A DNA stretch of 64,000 nt from a virus: UHGV virus genome UHGV-0468246. One strand, written 5' to 3'. Below the pieces are notes generated by a model. The model was not told where the DNA came from. It searched no databases and worked only from the letters and a program-made list of their open reading frames with translations. Position 1 is the stretch's first letter, and every line of letters starts with the position of its first letter. Both the position numbers and the translations under genes were made by a program. This document shows, in pieces, positions 18,158 to 27,965 of the stretch.

Positions 18158-18666
18158 GCCCCGGTCGCCTCCCCACGGAACGCAGCGTCGCCCTGCGCCT
18201 TGATATCGTCCTGCTCAACCTTGTCGGCGGGGATGTCGCCAACGCCTCCGGTGTTCTCGCTCTCGTTGCCCTCCTCGCCCGTCTCGTCCTTGACGATGAC
18301 GCACTGGTAGGAGTTTTGGTAGACGGAATCGCCGAACTTCACGTCAACCGGGAAGCTGGTGAACGCGATGGAGTAGGACTTCTTTATGACGGGTATGGAG
18401 AGCACCATGTGGCTCGGCTTGGTCATCGAGGTGAGGTACATGTGGTACTCGGCTATCCAGCGCGAGAACTCCAAGTACTCCTCCCGGCTCCTGAACGCGA
18501 GGCCGAGCGTTATGTCGCTCTTGCGCCAGTTGCGGGGGTACGCCGTCTGCCCCTGCCGCGCGTACGACGTTGCCGTGAGGCCGAGCGACATGCCGAAGGC
18601 GAAGTCCTCGACTATGACATCCTTGCTCCTGCCGTTGTACGTCAGCGTCCCGTTGAACGTTCCCAT
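18154..18666 (-). CDS. hypothetical tail/baseplate protein (170 aa)
   Basis: Protein-like ORF directly downstream of the tape measure block. Confidence 0.4.
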   Translation of the reverse strand: MGTFNGTLTYNGRSKDVIVEDFAFGMSLGLTATSYARQGQTAYPRNWRKSDITLGLAFRSREEYLEFSRWIAEYHMYLTSMTKPSHMVLSIPVIKKSYSIAFTSFPVDVKFGDSVYQNSYQCVIVKDETGEEGNESENTGGVGDIPADKVEQDDIKAQGDAAFRGEATGA

Positions 18667-18667
18667 G

Positions 18668-19381
18668 TCAGCTCACCCTGTTGTAGGAGCCGTCTTCGTT
18701 CCACACGTAGCGAACCATCTCCGACGTGCCGCCCGACACTTCGAGGCGCACCACGCCGTCGTCGGTCGTGACCTCCCCGTCGTCGTTCTGCCTGATCTTC
18801 TCGTACTGCTCGTAGAGGCTCGCGCCGTAAGCGTCGTAGCTCCCGCTGTTCTCCACGACCTGCTTCAGCGCCTTCAGCATGTCTTCCCAGTTGTTCGTGT
18901 CGGGCGTGTTGTACACGCTGCGCGTCCACCCAACGCCGTCGGGGATGGCGTTGAGCGCGTCGGTCGCCACGATCTCCTTGATGGTGTCGAAGCCGGTATC
19001 GACGAAGAACGTGAGCTGGTAGCTTATGGCCGCGACCTTCGGGCTGTAGCTGAACTTCGACACGTCCTTCAGGAACACCTTCCCGTTCCATCCGAGCACC
19101 GGGAAGTAGAACGTGACCGGGTTGCCGGTGTCCACATGGTACTGCATGATGTCGGCCATCTTCTGCTGGAACTCCTCCATGCGCTGGTAGCGGTTCTCGT
19201 TCGTGAGGCCGCGCGCCGAGAGGTAGCCGGTGATGGTGAGGTCGCCGATGTTGCGCGCGATGATCTGGACGACGGTGCCGCCCTTCGTCTGAATCTTGTT
19301 CGTCTTCAGCTCGTAGCCCCATTTCGCCGTGCTGGGGTCGATGCCGAACGCGTAGTTGCCGAGCCTCGCCGTAGCCATCAC
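18668..19381 (-). CDS. hypothetical tail protein (237 aa)
   Basis: Protein-like ORF directly downstream of the tape measure gene. Stop and start overlap. Confidence 0.45.
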   Translation of the reverse strand: MMATARLGNYAFGIDPSTAKWGYELKTNKIQTKGGTVVQIIARNIGDLTITGYLSARGLTNENRYQRMEEFQQKMADIMQYHVDTGNPVTFYFPVLGWNGKVFLKDVSKFSYSPKVAAISYQLTFFVDTGFDTIKEIVATDALNAIPDGVGWTRSVYNTPDTNNWEDMLKALKQVVENSGSYDAYGASLYEQYEKIRQNDDGEVTTDDGVVRLEVSGGTSEMVRYVWNEDGSYNRVS

Positions 19382-21588
19382 ATGCCCCCGTTGTCCGATT
19401 GCATCTGCTCGCGCCCGTTCTCGACCATGATGGCGAGCACCTTTTCAGCGTCGTCCTGCCACCTCACGGTCAGCGCCACGGGCGTTTCTCCCGTGTCGGA
19501 ATCGGAGTAGCCGTACCACGCGCCCTTGTCCTGCCAGTCGAACTTGCCCGACAGGAACGACGCAGCGCCCGTCTGGTTGCCGAGCCAGTCCTTGCCGTAC
19601 TCGCCGTAAGACCACGCGGTGTCGCTGAACATGCGGGCCATGCCCTCGTCGGTCATCCCCGCCATGTCCTCTGCGGTCACTTCGCCGGAAAGCTCCATGG
19701 CCTGCATGAAGATGGCCTTCTCGTCGTCCGACAGGCTCGCGTAGTCCTTCGACAGGATGTCCTTCAGAACCGCGTCGCCCTTCTTGTCGCCCATGCTAAG
19801 GCCGCTCACGTAGTTGGACATCCCGCTGACCTCGATGATGCCCGCCTCGGAGTACGTGTTGATGCTCGATGCCTCGGTGCTTCCGCCAAGCTCCTTCGCG
19901 CGTTCGAGCATGGAGTTCACGCCGTCGCCGCCCACCGATTCCTGCTGGGCGCGGTTCGCGCCGCCCACGAGAACGTCGGACAGCATGTCGAACACCCCGT
20001 CGGGGTCTTCTATGAGGCTCATTGGAAGCTGCTTCATGCCGAACAGGGACGCGAGCTGCTGCTGCACGCTTATCTGCTTCGCCATGCCGTCGATGCCGAG
20101 GCCGCTTGCGTTCTTCAGCTCGCCCACCACGCTGTTGAACTTGTCCCGGTCGCCGCTCATGACCGCGCCGATGAGCGCTTCCACGTCGCCGCCCTTCGTC
20201 TGCGCGGCGTACCCGACCGTCTGCTGTATGGCCGCTGCGTACGCCTGACCGGTGTCCATGCCCTGCGCGATGTTCTGCGACACGTTGTTCTGGAACATGG
20301 GGTTGCTCCCGTACGCGCTTATGAAGCCGTTGGCGGCGCTGTAGGTGTTGCCGCTCGCGTCGCCGAAGAAGCGGGTGAGGTCAACGCCGACCTCCTGCGC
20401 CTCGACCGACGAGCCGGTAAGCCCCTCCATGGTCTTCGCGAAGCCCTCCTGCTGCTCCTGTATGGACGACAGGGACGCGCCCGTGCTCTCCGCCACCTGC
20501 GCGAGCGTGTCGAACTTCTCGTTCAGGTAATCGACGCTCTTGCCGCCCTTCACGACGGCCTTCACGTACTCGTCGGTCGCCTTCGATGCGGACAGGCCGC
20601 GCTCCTGCGTCGCGTTCACGACCCAATCGTAGCCCTGTCCGTACGTCTCGCTGCCGTAGGTCGCGCCGCCCGACATGAGGCCCTGCTGAATCGTCTGCAC
20701 GTCCTTGTCCGAGAGGTTGGTCGTGAACTCCGTGAGCTTCGACTGGATGCCCTGCTCCACGCCGACGTTGAGGTTGCCGGTGCCGCCGGTCGCCTCCAAC
20801 GAGGCGTTCTTCAGACCTTGGAACTGGTCGATGCCGCTCTCCACGAGGTTGAGGCCCGCAACGGCGGTGCCGAGCACCGCGCCCACGGGGCCGAGGAACT
20901 TCAGCACGCCGCCCGCCTTGGAAAGGACGTTGGCGATGGTGCCCATGCCGCGCGTGCCGCCAGCCCCCAGAGCGCCTATGACGGACGTAGCGCCCTGCGC
21001 GACCTCCGCTGCGGTTCCCGCACCCTGCATGACGCGATCTGCCGTGCTAGGCCCCTCGTAGCTCTCCACAAGCCTATCGAAGGAGCTTTGCTGCGCAGAC
21101 GCGCTGCCCTGACGCACGACGTTCGAGTACAGCTTGTCCATGAACTCGTCGTCGCGCGCCCGCATGTCCTCCGCCATCTGTCGGCGGTCGTCGTCGAGGG
21201 CGCGTATGAACTCATCGACCTTCTTGGTTCGCTCCGCCTGCTCCTTGTCGATCTTCTCCTGAAGACTGGCGAACGTCTCCCTCGTCTCGCGAGCGGCATC
21301 CGTCTGCTCCTCAACCGCCTTGGTGAGTTCGGGGGTTTCGAGAACCATGGCCGCGCCGGTGCCGTTGCCGTCGATGCCGACGCTGCCGCCTAGGTCGCGT
21401 ATCTCCTCAATGTAGTCTTGGAACACCCCTATCTGCTTGGTCATCTTATCGACCTCGGAGACGAGGGAGGTTGCCGCCTCCTCGACAACGCTCTTCGACG
21501 CGTCGGCGCGCTGCACCAGCTCGCCCATGCGCTGCGCAACGTCCGTGGAGGACGTTACGGGCCTGCGTACCACGTTGTCTTCGGCCAT
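19378..21588 (-). CDS. tail tape measure protein
   Basis: 736 aa. Ala/Gly/Gln-rich with predicted long helical stretches. Positioned right after the chaperone pair with the frameshift site and before the distal tail genes. Confidence 0.6.
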   Translation of the reverse strand: MAEDNVVRRPVTSSTDVAQRMGELVQRADASKSVVEEAATSLVSEVDKMTKQIGVFQDYIEEIRDLGGSVGIDGNGTGAAMVLETPELTKAVEEQTDAARETRETFASLQEKIDKEQAERTKKVDEFIRALDDDRRQMAEDMRARDDEFMDKLYSNVVRQGSASAQQSSFDRLVESYEGPSTADRVMQGAGTAAEVAQGATSVIGALGAGGTRGMGTIANVLSKAGGVLKFLGPVGAVLGTAVAGLNLVESGIDQFQGLKNASLEATGGTGNLNVGVEQGIQSKLTEFTTNLSDKDVQTIQQGLMSGGATYGSETYGQGYDWVVNATQERGLSASKATDEYVKAVVKGGKSVDYLNEKFDTLAQVAESTGASLSSIQEQQEGFAKTMEGLTGSSVEAQEVGVDLTRFFGDASGNTYSAANGFISAYGSNPMFQNNVSQNIAQGMDTGQAYAAAIQQTVGYAAQTKGGDVEALIGAVMSGDRDKFNSVVGELKNASGLGIDGMAKQISVQQQLASLFGMKQLPMSLIEDPDGVFDMLSDVLVGGANRAQQESVGGDGVNSMLERAKELGGSTEASSINTYSEAGIIEVSGMSNYVSGLSMGDKKGDAVLKDILSKDYASLSDDEKAIFMQAMELSGEVTAEDMAGMTDEGMARMFSDTAWSYGEYGKDWLGNQTGAASFLSGKFDWQDKGAWYGYSDSDTGETPVALTVRWQDDAEKVLAIMVENGREQMQSDNGGM

Positions 21589-21589
21589 G

Positions 21590-21955
21590 CTACACTCCCT
21601 GCTGCTCCATCATCCGCATAAGGCCCTCCATGGTGTCGGACGTGATGCACACGTCGTCCGCCTCCTGCGACTTGCGCCATTGGCGCATCTCAATCGACTT
21701 CTGGTAGCTGTCCGGGTGCTCGTAGGAAAGCCAGAAGTCCTTGTCCTCCCTATTATCGAGGAGTTCGCGCGCCCGTTCAAGACGCTTGGCGATGTCGAGC
21801 GCCGTGATCTGCACGACGTTCAGGTCTCCTTCGAGCATCCGCCGATGATAGGCCTGCTGGCACTGCGAGAAGGCGAGCGCGACACCTCGCGGCAGCTCGT
21901 CCTCGCTGCCAGTCAGGCCGATTATTTTTTTAGCGCGCCCGCCACCTCGGCGCAC
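21590..21955 (-). CDS. tail assembly chaperone, frameshift extension (gpT-like segment)
   Basis: A -1 frame ORF overlapping the 3' end of the upstream chaperone. Entered by ribosomal slippage at A_AAA_AAA. Confidence 0.5.
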   Translation of the reverse strand: MRRGGGRAKKIIGLTGSEDELPRGVALAFSQCQQAYHRRMLEGDLNVVQITALDIAKRLERARELLDNREDKDFWLSYEHPDSYQKSIEMRQWRKSQEADDVCITSDTMEGLMRMMEQQGV

Positions 21956-22518
21956 GACCTGCTCATGACCTTGTACTCGTCGTAAAGGAACTCGACGACC
22001 GTGGCGTACCAGTTCTTCATCTGCTCCGCCTTGGTCGCGATGGGGTCTACCTCCGGCTGTATGCCGCCGAGCATCGACTGGCCGTCAACGCTCTGCACCG
22101 CCGCCGCGACGGTGTAAAGCTTCAGAGCGCTTATCTCGTTGCGGCAACCCACGTACTCGCGCGTGAGCTGCCCCACGCGCAGCTCCTCGCCCTGCGTGAG
22201 CGTCTTCAGCGCGATCTTGTGCCCCGCGTACTCAACGGTCTTCGTCATGGCCCCGACGTAAAGCAGCCCTAGGAAGGGCTGCTTGTATTCTTCGGGGAAG
22301 ACCTCGCCGATAGCTTTCTCGGCCATTGTTCGTCCTCCCTGTCGCGTTAGTATGTGATGCCGCCTGCGGTGTCGCGCTCGGCGACGGTGAGCGTCTGCAC
22401 GAGGCGGCGGGTGTACTTGATCTCGATGTCCACGGTCATCTCCATGGTGCGGCTCTCGAACGTCTCCGGCTGGATGCAGTTCGTGATGACCGCGCCTTCG
22501 TAGGTGATGACCCTCCAA
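21922..22518 (-). CDS. tail assembly chaperone (gpG-like)
   Basis: The real product is about 145 aa starting MAEKAIGEVF. It ends with KK followed by a stop, inside the slippery heptamer. Classic position between tube and tape measure genes. Confidence 0.5.
   Translation of the reverse strand: MEGHHLRRRGHHELHPAGDVREPHHGDDRGHRDQVHPPPRADAHRRRARHRRRHHILTRQGGRTMAEKAIGEVFPEEYKQPFLGLLYVGAMTKTVEYAGHKIALKTLTQGEELRVGQLTREYVGCRNEISALKLYTVAAAVQSVDGQSMLGGIQPEVDPIATKAEQMKNWYATVVEFLYDEYKVMSRSCAEVAGALKK
21925..21931 (-). promoter_or_regulatory. programmed -1 ribosomal frameshift slippery heptamer A_AAA_AAA
   Basis: On the minus strand, CTA AAA AAA TAA in frame 0. The -1 frame continues ATA ATC GGC, giving ...KKIIGLTGSE... 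of track ORF 21590..21955. Confidence 0.5.
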
Positions 22519-22922
22519 AGGTTGTCGCTCGCTCCGCTACCGGCCCGCTCGAACTTCTTCACGAGGATGCGGTTGCCCGCCTTGCGCTGCGCCTCGAACA
22601 CCTCGTAGATGTTCACGAGGCGGTTGGCCTCCGTGGGGCCGCCGAGCACGTTGGTGTTCTCCAACGCCGTCGCGATGCCCTCCTTTCCCCAGAGCTGCCA
22701 TACGCGGCAGCGGATGGTGCCGGAGCCTTGCACGACGGGCGGAACGATCTCGACGGGGCAGAACGAGCCTACCGGGATGATGTCAACGGCGCTCGTGACG
22801 GCGGTGCCGGGGGTGTCGGTCGCCTGCGCCATGAAGCGCATGGGCTTGGTGGAACCCCCTTCGTCGCCGATGGCGATGAACGTGTTGCCGCCGCCTGCGA
22901 CGCGTACTTGGGAATCAGGCAT
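22347..22922 (-). CDS. tail tube protein (putative)
   Basis: 191 aa, immediately downstream of the sheath gene and upstream of the chaperones. Confidence 0.45.
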   Translation of the reverse strand: MPDSQVRVAGGGNTFIAIGDEGGSTKPMRFMAQATDTPGTAVTSAVDIIPVGSFCPVEIVPPVVQGSGTIRCRVWQLWGKEGIATALENTNVLGGPTEANRLVNIYEVFEAQRKAGNRILVKKFERAGSGASDNLWRVITYEGAVITNCIQPETFESRTMEMTVDIEIKYTRRLVQTLTVAERDTAGGITY

Positions 22923-22935
22923 TTCTCACTCCTTC

Positions 22936-24867
22936 CTAGACTGCGGTGGTGCCGTTGATGGAGAACTTGATGTAGATGCGGTTGATGCCGTAGGTCGGCG
23001 TGTACCCCAAGCTGATGTTCACCTGCGTGGGGTCGGTCGCATCCTGCTCCACCGACGGGTCGGTGTACTCGGTCAGGTACCCGTCGGTCTGCATGCGCGA
23101 CAGGAGCGCGGCGGTGCTGGACTTGATGTCGAGGAGCACCTGCGCGGTGGCGACAGAGCCGATGAAGCCCGACGCGAACGCGCGGCGCAGCGACTTCACG
23201 ATGTAGAGCTTGCACATCTGGATGTTCAGCTCGCGCTTGACGACGGACGCGGTGGACGTGGTGATTCCTTGGATGACCGTCATGGCCGCGTTGATGTAGT
23301 CGATGAACAGAAGGCCGTTGTTCACTTGGTTCGTCTTGACCGTGGTGGTGAACGTCTCGTTCGGGCCGTACAGCCCGAGCACCTTCTTGTGCGTGAGCGG
23401 GTTGTACTGCGCCATGGATGACGCGAGACCGGCGACCGCCGCCGCGCCGTAGAAACCGGCGATTGCCTCGACCACGTTGGTCTGGCGGTTGCGGAACTGG
23501 AACGTCGCGGGCGAGACCAGAACGCAGTCCTCGCTCGCGATGGACTTCGCGTAGGCGATCATCTGGTCGGAGGTCACGGCCTCCTCGGTGCCGTCAGCGC
23601 CCATGAACGCTATGCGCTCGTCCGCGTTCTCCTTCATGGTGCGGATGTGCGCCTGCGCGGCGTTCCACACCTCCGGTGAGCCGGACACGGGGACAACGAT
23701 GTCGATTCCCGAGACCTTGGTAAGCTGCTCGAACGCGTCCTCGAACGACTGGACGGTGTAGGTCGCGGCGCTGCCGCCCTGCGTGGCCGGGTTGCACGCA
23801 GCCGCGTAGAAGCCCGACAGGCCGCACAGGGACGCGATGTAGATCGCGAGGGACAGCGGGGACTGCACGTTGCCCGCAGCGTCCCACGGCACGCCGTACA
23901 CGTCGATGCACTCGTTGTAGGACGCGAAGTACTGCGGTGCGGTGTAAGCGTCCCCCTTGTAGTTGTACGAAACGACAACGCGGTCGCCGCTGCGGATGCC
24001 GCAATAGGCGTACGCGGCGTACATGTAGTTGCCCTTCGATTCGTCGAACGTCGGGATGCGGCTCGACGGCGTGCGCGATATGCGCCCCGTCTGGTAGTCC
24101 ACAACGAAGTCGATGCCCTCGACGTATCCGCCCTCGACCTGACCGCTGCCGTTGCCGTCCGGGGTGTCGCCGTAGGCGTTGCCGTCGGTCGCGCTGGACA
24201 CGATGACCACGGTGCTCTCGCCCGATTCGTCCTTCGACACGTAGGGGTGGGAGAGCGTGTAGGCCGCCTCGCCGTTGAGCTGGACAGGCTCCGCCGTCGC
24301 CCAGTCGAACGATATGGACAGATTGGTGTTGTTCGCCAGCGCCCCGCCGATCTTGGACGAGAACGTGCCCGTCTGGTAGTTGATGATGTAGTCGGTTCCC
24401 TCCACGTAGGTCTTAGACTGGTCGTCCTTGACCACGACCGTACCGGCGATGACGAAGCCCGCGATGGGGTTGTTCTCGCCGTCGAAGAGGATGGAGAAGC
24501 TGGGCTGCGCGGAGAAATAGGTGTACTGCTTCTCCGTCACGGTATTCTTCGTGGTTGTGCTGCGCAGCAGCTTTCGCGCGATTGTCGCCTTCTGGTCTGC
24601 GCCCTGCACGACGGTGTAGTCCTGCTCGTTCACGAACTGAACGCCGCTGGACGCACTTGTGACGGTGTAGCTGTCGGCTATAACGCCCGCGTTGTTCAGC
24701 GGCACAGCGGTCACGCCTTCGAGCGTGATCTGCTGCGTGGCCGTGCGGAAGCCGATTGCGGGGCCGACGAAAGCGACCACGGCGTTCCCACCCACTGTGG
24801 TATTCAGACGGGGGCCTTCTACTTCCTCCGTGTAGATACCCGGCAGCGAGTTGTTCAAATCAGCCAT
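22936..24867 (-). CDS. tail sheath protein (putative)
   Basis: About 643 aa from the ATG with AAGGAG RBS (MADLNNSLPGIYTEE...). Size, position and N-terminus fit contractile sheath proteins. Confidence 0.5.
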   Translation of the reverse strand: MADLNNSLPGIYTEEVEGPRLNTTVGGNAVVAFVGPAIGFRTATQQITLEGVTAVPLNNAGVIADSYTVTSASSGVQFVNEQDYTVVQGADQKATIARKLLRSTTTKNTVTEKQYTYFSAQPSFSILFDGENNPIAGFVIAGTVVVKDDQSKTYVEGTDYIINYQTGTFSSKIGGALANNTNLSISFDWATAEPVQLNGEAAYTLSHPYVSKDESGESTVVIVSSATDGNAYGDTPDGNGSGQVEGGYVEGIDFVVDYQTGRISRTPSSRIPTFDESKGNYMYAAYAYCGIRSGDRVVVSYNYKGDAYTAPQYFASYNECIDVYGVPWDAAGNVQSPLSLAIYIASLCGLSGFYAAACNPATQGGSAATYTVQSFEDAFEQLTKVSGIDIVVPVSGSPEVWNAAQAHIRTMKENADERIAFMGADGTEEAVTSDQMIAYAKSIASEDCVLVSPATFQFRNRQTNVVEAIAGFYGAAAVAGLASSMAQYNPLTHKKVLGLYGPNETFTTTVKTNQVNNGLLFIDYINAAMTVIQGITTSTASVVKRELNIQMCKLYIVKSLRRAFASGFIGSVATAQVLLDIKSSTAALLSRMQTDGYLTEYTDPSVEQDATDPTQVNISLGYTPTYGINRIYIKFSINGTTAV

Positions 24868-24941
24868 GGGTACTCTCCTTCGATTGCTCGACATTGACAA
24901 TGACCCCATTTTAGACGAGAAAGATGCCCTCCGCCATGCCC

Positions 24942-25631
24942 TTAGATCGCAGGCTCGACGAACATGCCCTCCTCCGCCTGCTTCTCGCCCGTGATTATCA
25001 CGTCAAGCTCGTCGGCGTCTATCATGAGATGCAGCTTGATCTTCTCGATGAACGTGGGGTTCACGCGGTCGATGTAGTAGAACTCGCCGCGCACCTTGAA
25101 CGAGAACTGCTTGAACACCGTCACCAAATCGTCGTCCCACGGAGTGCCCTTGCTGTCGTTGTTCGTGGTGTTCGATAGCGTCGCCATGTTAGGCTCTATG
25201 TTCACGTACGGGTTGTCCCGCAGGCACTGGCGGTACTTCGGGTCGATTCCGATTCCGCTCACGATGCAGTCGGCGAGGATGGCACCCTCGACGGGGGAGT
25301 TCGCGTACACGTCGATGGTGACCCTGCCGCTGAAAACGTAGGCCGCGACATCGACCCTGCCGCCGGTGCTCTTGTCGGTCACCATGACCCACTCGTTCGG
25401 GGCGGCTGGCTGGAAGTCCTCGTTCACGTAGCCCACGCGGACGTAGGGCCACGCCTCGGCCACGATGGGGTAGTCCGATTCGACCTTCAGGTCTTTGTAG
25501 CCGTGGACGGCCACCATCTCGGGGGATTGCAGGAACTTCCTGATGCTGTCGGTCGCAGCCGTAAGGCAGCTGTAGAAGTACCCCACGTGCTTCGGCTCGT
25601 GCCATACCATGTGCCCGTCGTTACTCATCAA
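24942..25631 (-). CDS. hypothetical virion protein (229 aa)
   Basis: Protein-like ORF between the intein-bearing gene and the sheath gene. Confidence 0.45.
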   Translation of the reverse strand: MMSNDGHMVWHEPKHVGYFYSCLTAATDSIRKFLQSPEMVAVHGYKDLKVESDYPIVAEAWPYVRVGYVNEDFQPAAPNEWVMVTDKSTGGRVDVAAYVFSGRVTIDVYANSPVEGAILADCIVSGIGIDPKYRQCLRDNPYVNIEPNMATLSNTTNNDSKGTPWDDDLVTVFKQFSFKVRGEFYYIDRVNPTFIEKIKLHLMIDADELDVIITGEKQAEEGMFVEPAI

Positions 25632-27240
25632 TCCACTCCATCATCCCGCCGACGAAGGCGTAGTCTATGTCCTCGCTGTGCATCGCTATCGCGTCGTCTA
25701 TCGCGTCGGCGATGAACTGCACGGGGCCGTGGCCCGGATGCACCCAGCTCCTCGATTGGCGCGTCTCCGGCATAAGCTCGCCGTCCTGACCGCGCACCCA
25801 GTACGTCTTCTCGCCCTTGCGCCACTGGTTGATGTTCGTCACCTTGCGGAACACGAGCTGGCCGCCGATCACCATGGGGACGGTGTTGTGCGTGACTATG
25901 TAATCGTTCGTGACGTACAACCCGTCCGCGCTATCGACGAGGATGCAACGGCACTCCTCGCGTCCGGAAAAGGAAACGCTCTTGAATCTCCTGCACCAAC
26001 ACTTTGCGCTCTGATGCGCAACGTTGTCAAGATAGCGCTTCAGCTTCTTTTCGTAAGGGGCGAGGAACGGCACAACGCCGTTGTCGAACCTCATCTCGAC
26101 GATGTACGCCACACCGTTTCGATATTTGCCGCTGCGCCTGTCCTCGTGAATATACGCATGGCCTCCGAGCGAAAGCGCTAGGCTCCGCACCTGCACCGCG
26201 AGGTCGCGGCACACCGTGGTGTACTGGCATATCGCACCGCGAGCGGCGCACGAGCCGTCCGTGTCCATGAGGCCCTGCAATAGAAGGACGCGATCTTCGA
26301 CGCACGAAAGCATGTACTCTTCTGGGATGGTCTTGCCGTATGCGTCATGCCCCCATAGTCCGAGCGACCTGAACGCATCTATGAGCGGCGATGTCGAATT
26401 GCCGCCGCGCCCCCAACGCGACGGCGCGGCATTGTAGCCGGGAGCGCCGCACGCCAACGCTATTCTAGCTCCATCTTCAGCGACCGCATGGGGGGTGACG
26501 CACTCCGGCACGAACCTCATGAACGTGTCGATGCCAGCCCCGTCATAACAGCAGAAGTACGGATACGGCCCCCGGAGGCATCCATCGCCTATCATCGCTC
26601 CGACAAAATATGGATGCAATGGAAGATCGCGCTTGTCGAACATGATCTTCGGGGCAAGACGGATGCGCCAGCTATCGCCGTGCGTCCTCCCTATCCTTCC
26701 CATGAAGTCTTCTAACGGCATCACCCGATCATCGACCCATGCCCCGTTGCGCCTGACAGACCATAAGTGCTCTTTCGTGCATCTTGTATGGCCGCCGTCC
26801 GTGAACTCGACATCGTAAACGTCGCACATGCCCTGATCGTAAACATCGATCACCTTCACAGGCGCTCCGTCCGAGCCGATGACCAAGCATCCCGGCTCTA
26901 TCTCCCCCATCGGCTTGAAGCCGTCGGGCGTGAGCACCGGCTCCGAGAGCGGCTGCGCCTTCCCGTACAGGCTCTTCATCGGGAACGTCTGGAAGCCGTT
27001 CTCTTGGTAGATGAGGTAGTGGTGCTCCGGCACGATGCCGACACCCGCGTAGCCAGCCGCGTAGTCGGGCGACGGGTAGAACGCCATCCTGCCGCCCTTG
27101 AACGTGGCGAATATGCCGCTTCCGTACTCCGCCGCGAGGTCGCATGCGGTCTCCGAAACCATGTCGAGCACGCGGTTCGCCAGACTTGTCCCGGTTAGGG
27201 GCATGTCGGCGTAAACGTCCTCGATCACTCGCTCGTCCAC
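25621..27240 (-). CDS. virion protein interrupted by an intein with LAGLIDADG-type endonuclease motifs
   Basis: A Hint-like block (SEPVLTPDGFKPMGEI...) after ...KAQPL. Two LAGLIDADG-like motifs (YFVGAMIGDG, LLLQGLMDTDGS). C-terminal ...YIVTHN then T. Confidence 0.5.
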   Translation of the reverse strand: MDERVIEDVYADMPLTGTSLANRVLDMVSETACDLAAEYGSGIFATFKGGRMAFYPSPDYAAGYAGVGIVPEHHYLIYQENGFQTFPMKSLYGKAQPLSEPVLTPDGFKPMGEIEPGCLVIGSDGAPVKVIDVYDQGMCDVYDVEFTDGGHTRCTKEHLWSVRRNGAWVDDRVMPLEDFMGRIGRTHGDSWRIRLAPKIMFDKRDLPLHPYFVGAMIGDGCLRGPYPYFCCYDGAGIDTFMRFVPECVTPHAVAEDGARIALACGAPGYNAAPSRWGRGGNSTSPLIDAFRSLGLWGHDAYGKTIPEEYMLSCVEDRVLLLQGLMDTDGSCAARGAICQYTTVCRDLAVQVRSLALSLGGHAYIHEDRRSGKYRNGVAYIVEMRFDNGVVPFLAPYEKKLKRYLDNVAHQSAKCWCRRFKSVSFSGREECRCILVDSADGLYVTNDYIVTHNTVPMVIGGQLVFRKVTNINQWRKGEKTYWVRGQDGELMPETRQSRSWVHPGHGPVQFIADAIDDAIAMHSEDIDYAFVGGMMEWIDE

Positions 27241-27250
27241 GGGGAGCCTC

Positions 27251-27964
27251 CTACGGCCAAGACGGCTCGGACTGCCACTTGCCGCCGCTCTGGTTGTCGG
27301 AGTTCATGAGCTGCGGCGGGTCGCACACGTGGTCGCGCGACACCGTGAGCGAGTGCGGAGCGCCGCCCCACAGCTCGTCGGAATAGCGGAAGTCGGTAGG
27401 GAGCAGCAGCTTCGCCGTCCCGCTCTGCGACACGAGCATGCGCTGCAAGTTGGTCGTCATCTCGGTGTTGTTCGACGACACAACGCCCTGAATCGTCTGG
27501 TACTTCACGGGGCCGTCCAGCTGGAAGATGCGACCGCGAAGCGTCACGAGCGTGCCGGTCATCTCCAACACCTCGCACAGCAGGTCGCCGTCGTGGTAGA
27601 TCGGCTCGACCGCCATCTTCACCGTAACGTCGAACTTCTCGCGCGTGCCGTGGTTGTCGTACTCGGTGTTGTCGCTGCCGTTCTCGTTCACCACCATGCG
27701 GCGCATCTCCAAAGGGCGGTAGCCTCCGTCGAACGTCGTGCCGTAGCAGTTCGGGCAGTCGTTCGGTCGCTTCGACTGGTGGTTCACCTCGTCCCAGCAG
27801 ACCGGGCAGCGCTTCACGAGGCCGTCCGCTAGGTCTTGCAGCGTCCACATGCGGCGCACGAGCCACGTTGAGCCGCACAGCCTCATGCCGTCCTCGACGG
27901 CCTTCCTCGTGTAGAGGACTTCGCGGGAGACGTGCCCCGCATCCCAGTAGGCGACCCGTCCCAT
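27251..27964 (-). CDS. hypothetical virion protein with Zn-ribbon (CPVCW...CPNC)
   Basis: 237-aa ORF with two CxxC pairs. Confidence 0.4.
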   Translation of the reverse strand: MGRVAYWDAGHVSREVLYTRKAVEDGMRLCGSTWLVRRMWTLQDLADGLVKRCPVCWDEVNHQSKRPNDCPNCYGTTFDGGYRPLEMRRMVVNENGSDNTEYDNHGTREKFDVTVKMAVEPIYHDGDLLCEVLEMTGTLVTLRGRIFQLDGPVKYQTIQGVVSSNNTEMTTNLQRMLVSQSGTAKLLLPTDFRYSDELWGGAPHSLTVSRDHVCDPPQLMNSDNQSGGKWQSEPSWP

Positions 27965-27965
27965 C

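Noticed and set aside
19399-21393. 664-aa plus-strand ORF antisense to the tape measure gene, and similar long plus ORFs (3332..4624, 29367..30890, 34724..36427, 41189..42766, 46072..48381)
   Set aside because: They have Arg/Ala/Leu/Val-rich low-complexity composition and are fully antisense to convincing minus-strand genes with RBS. They are artefacts of GC-rich sequence.
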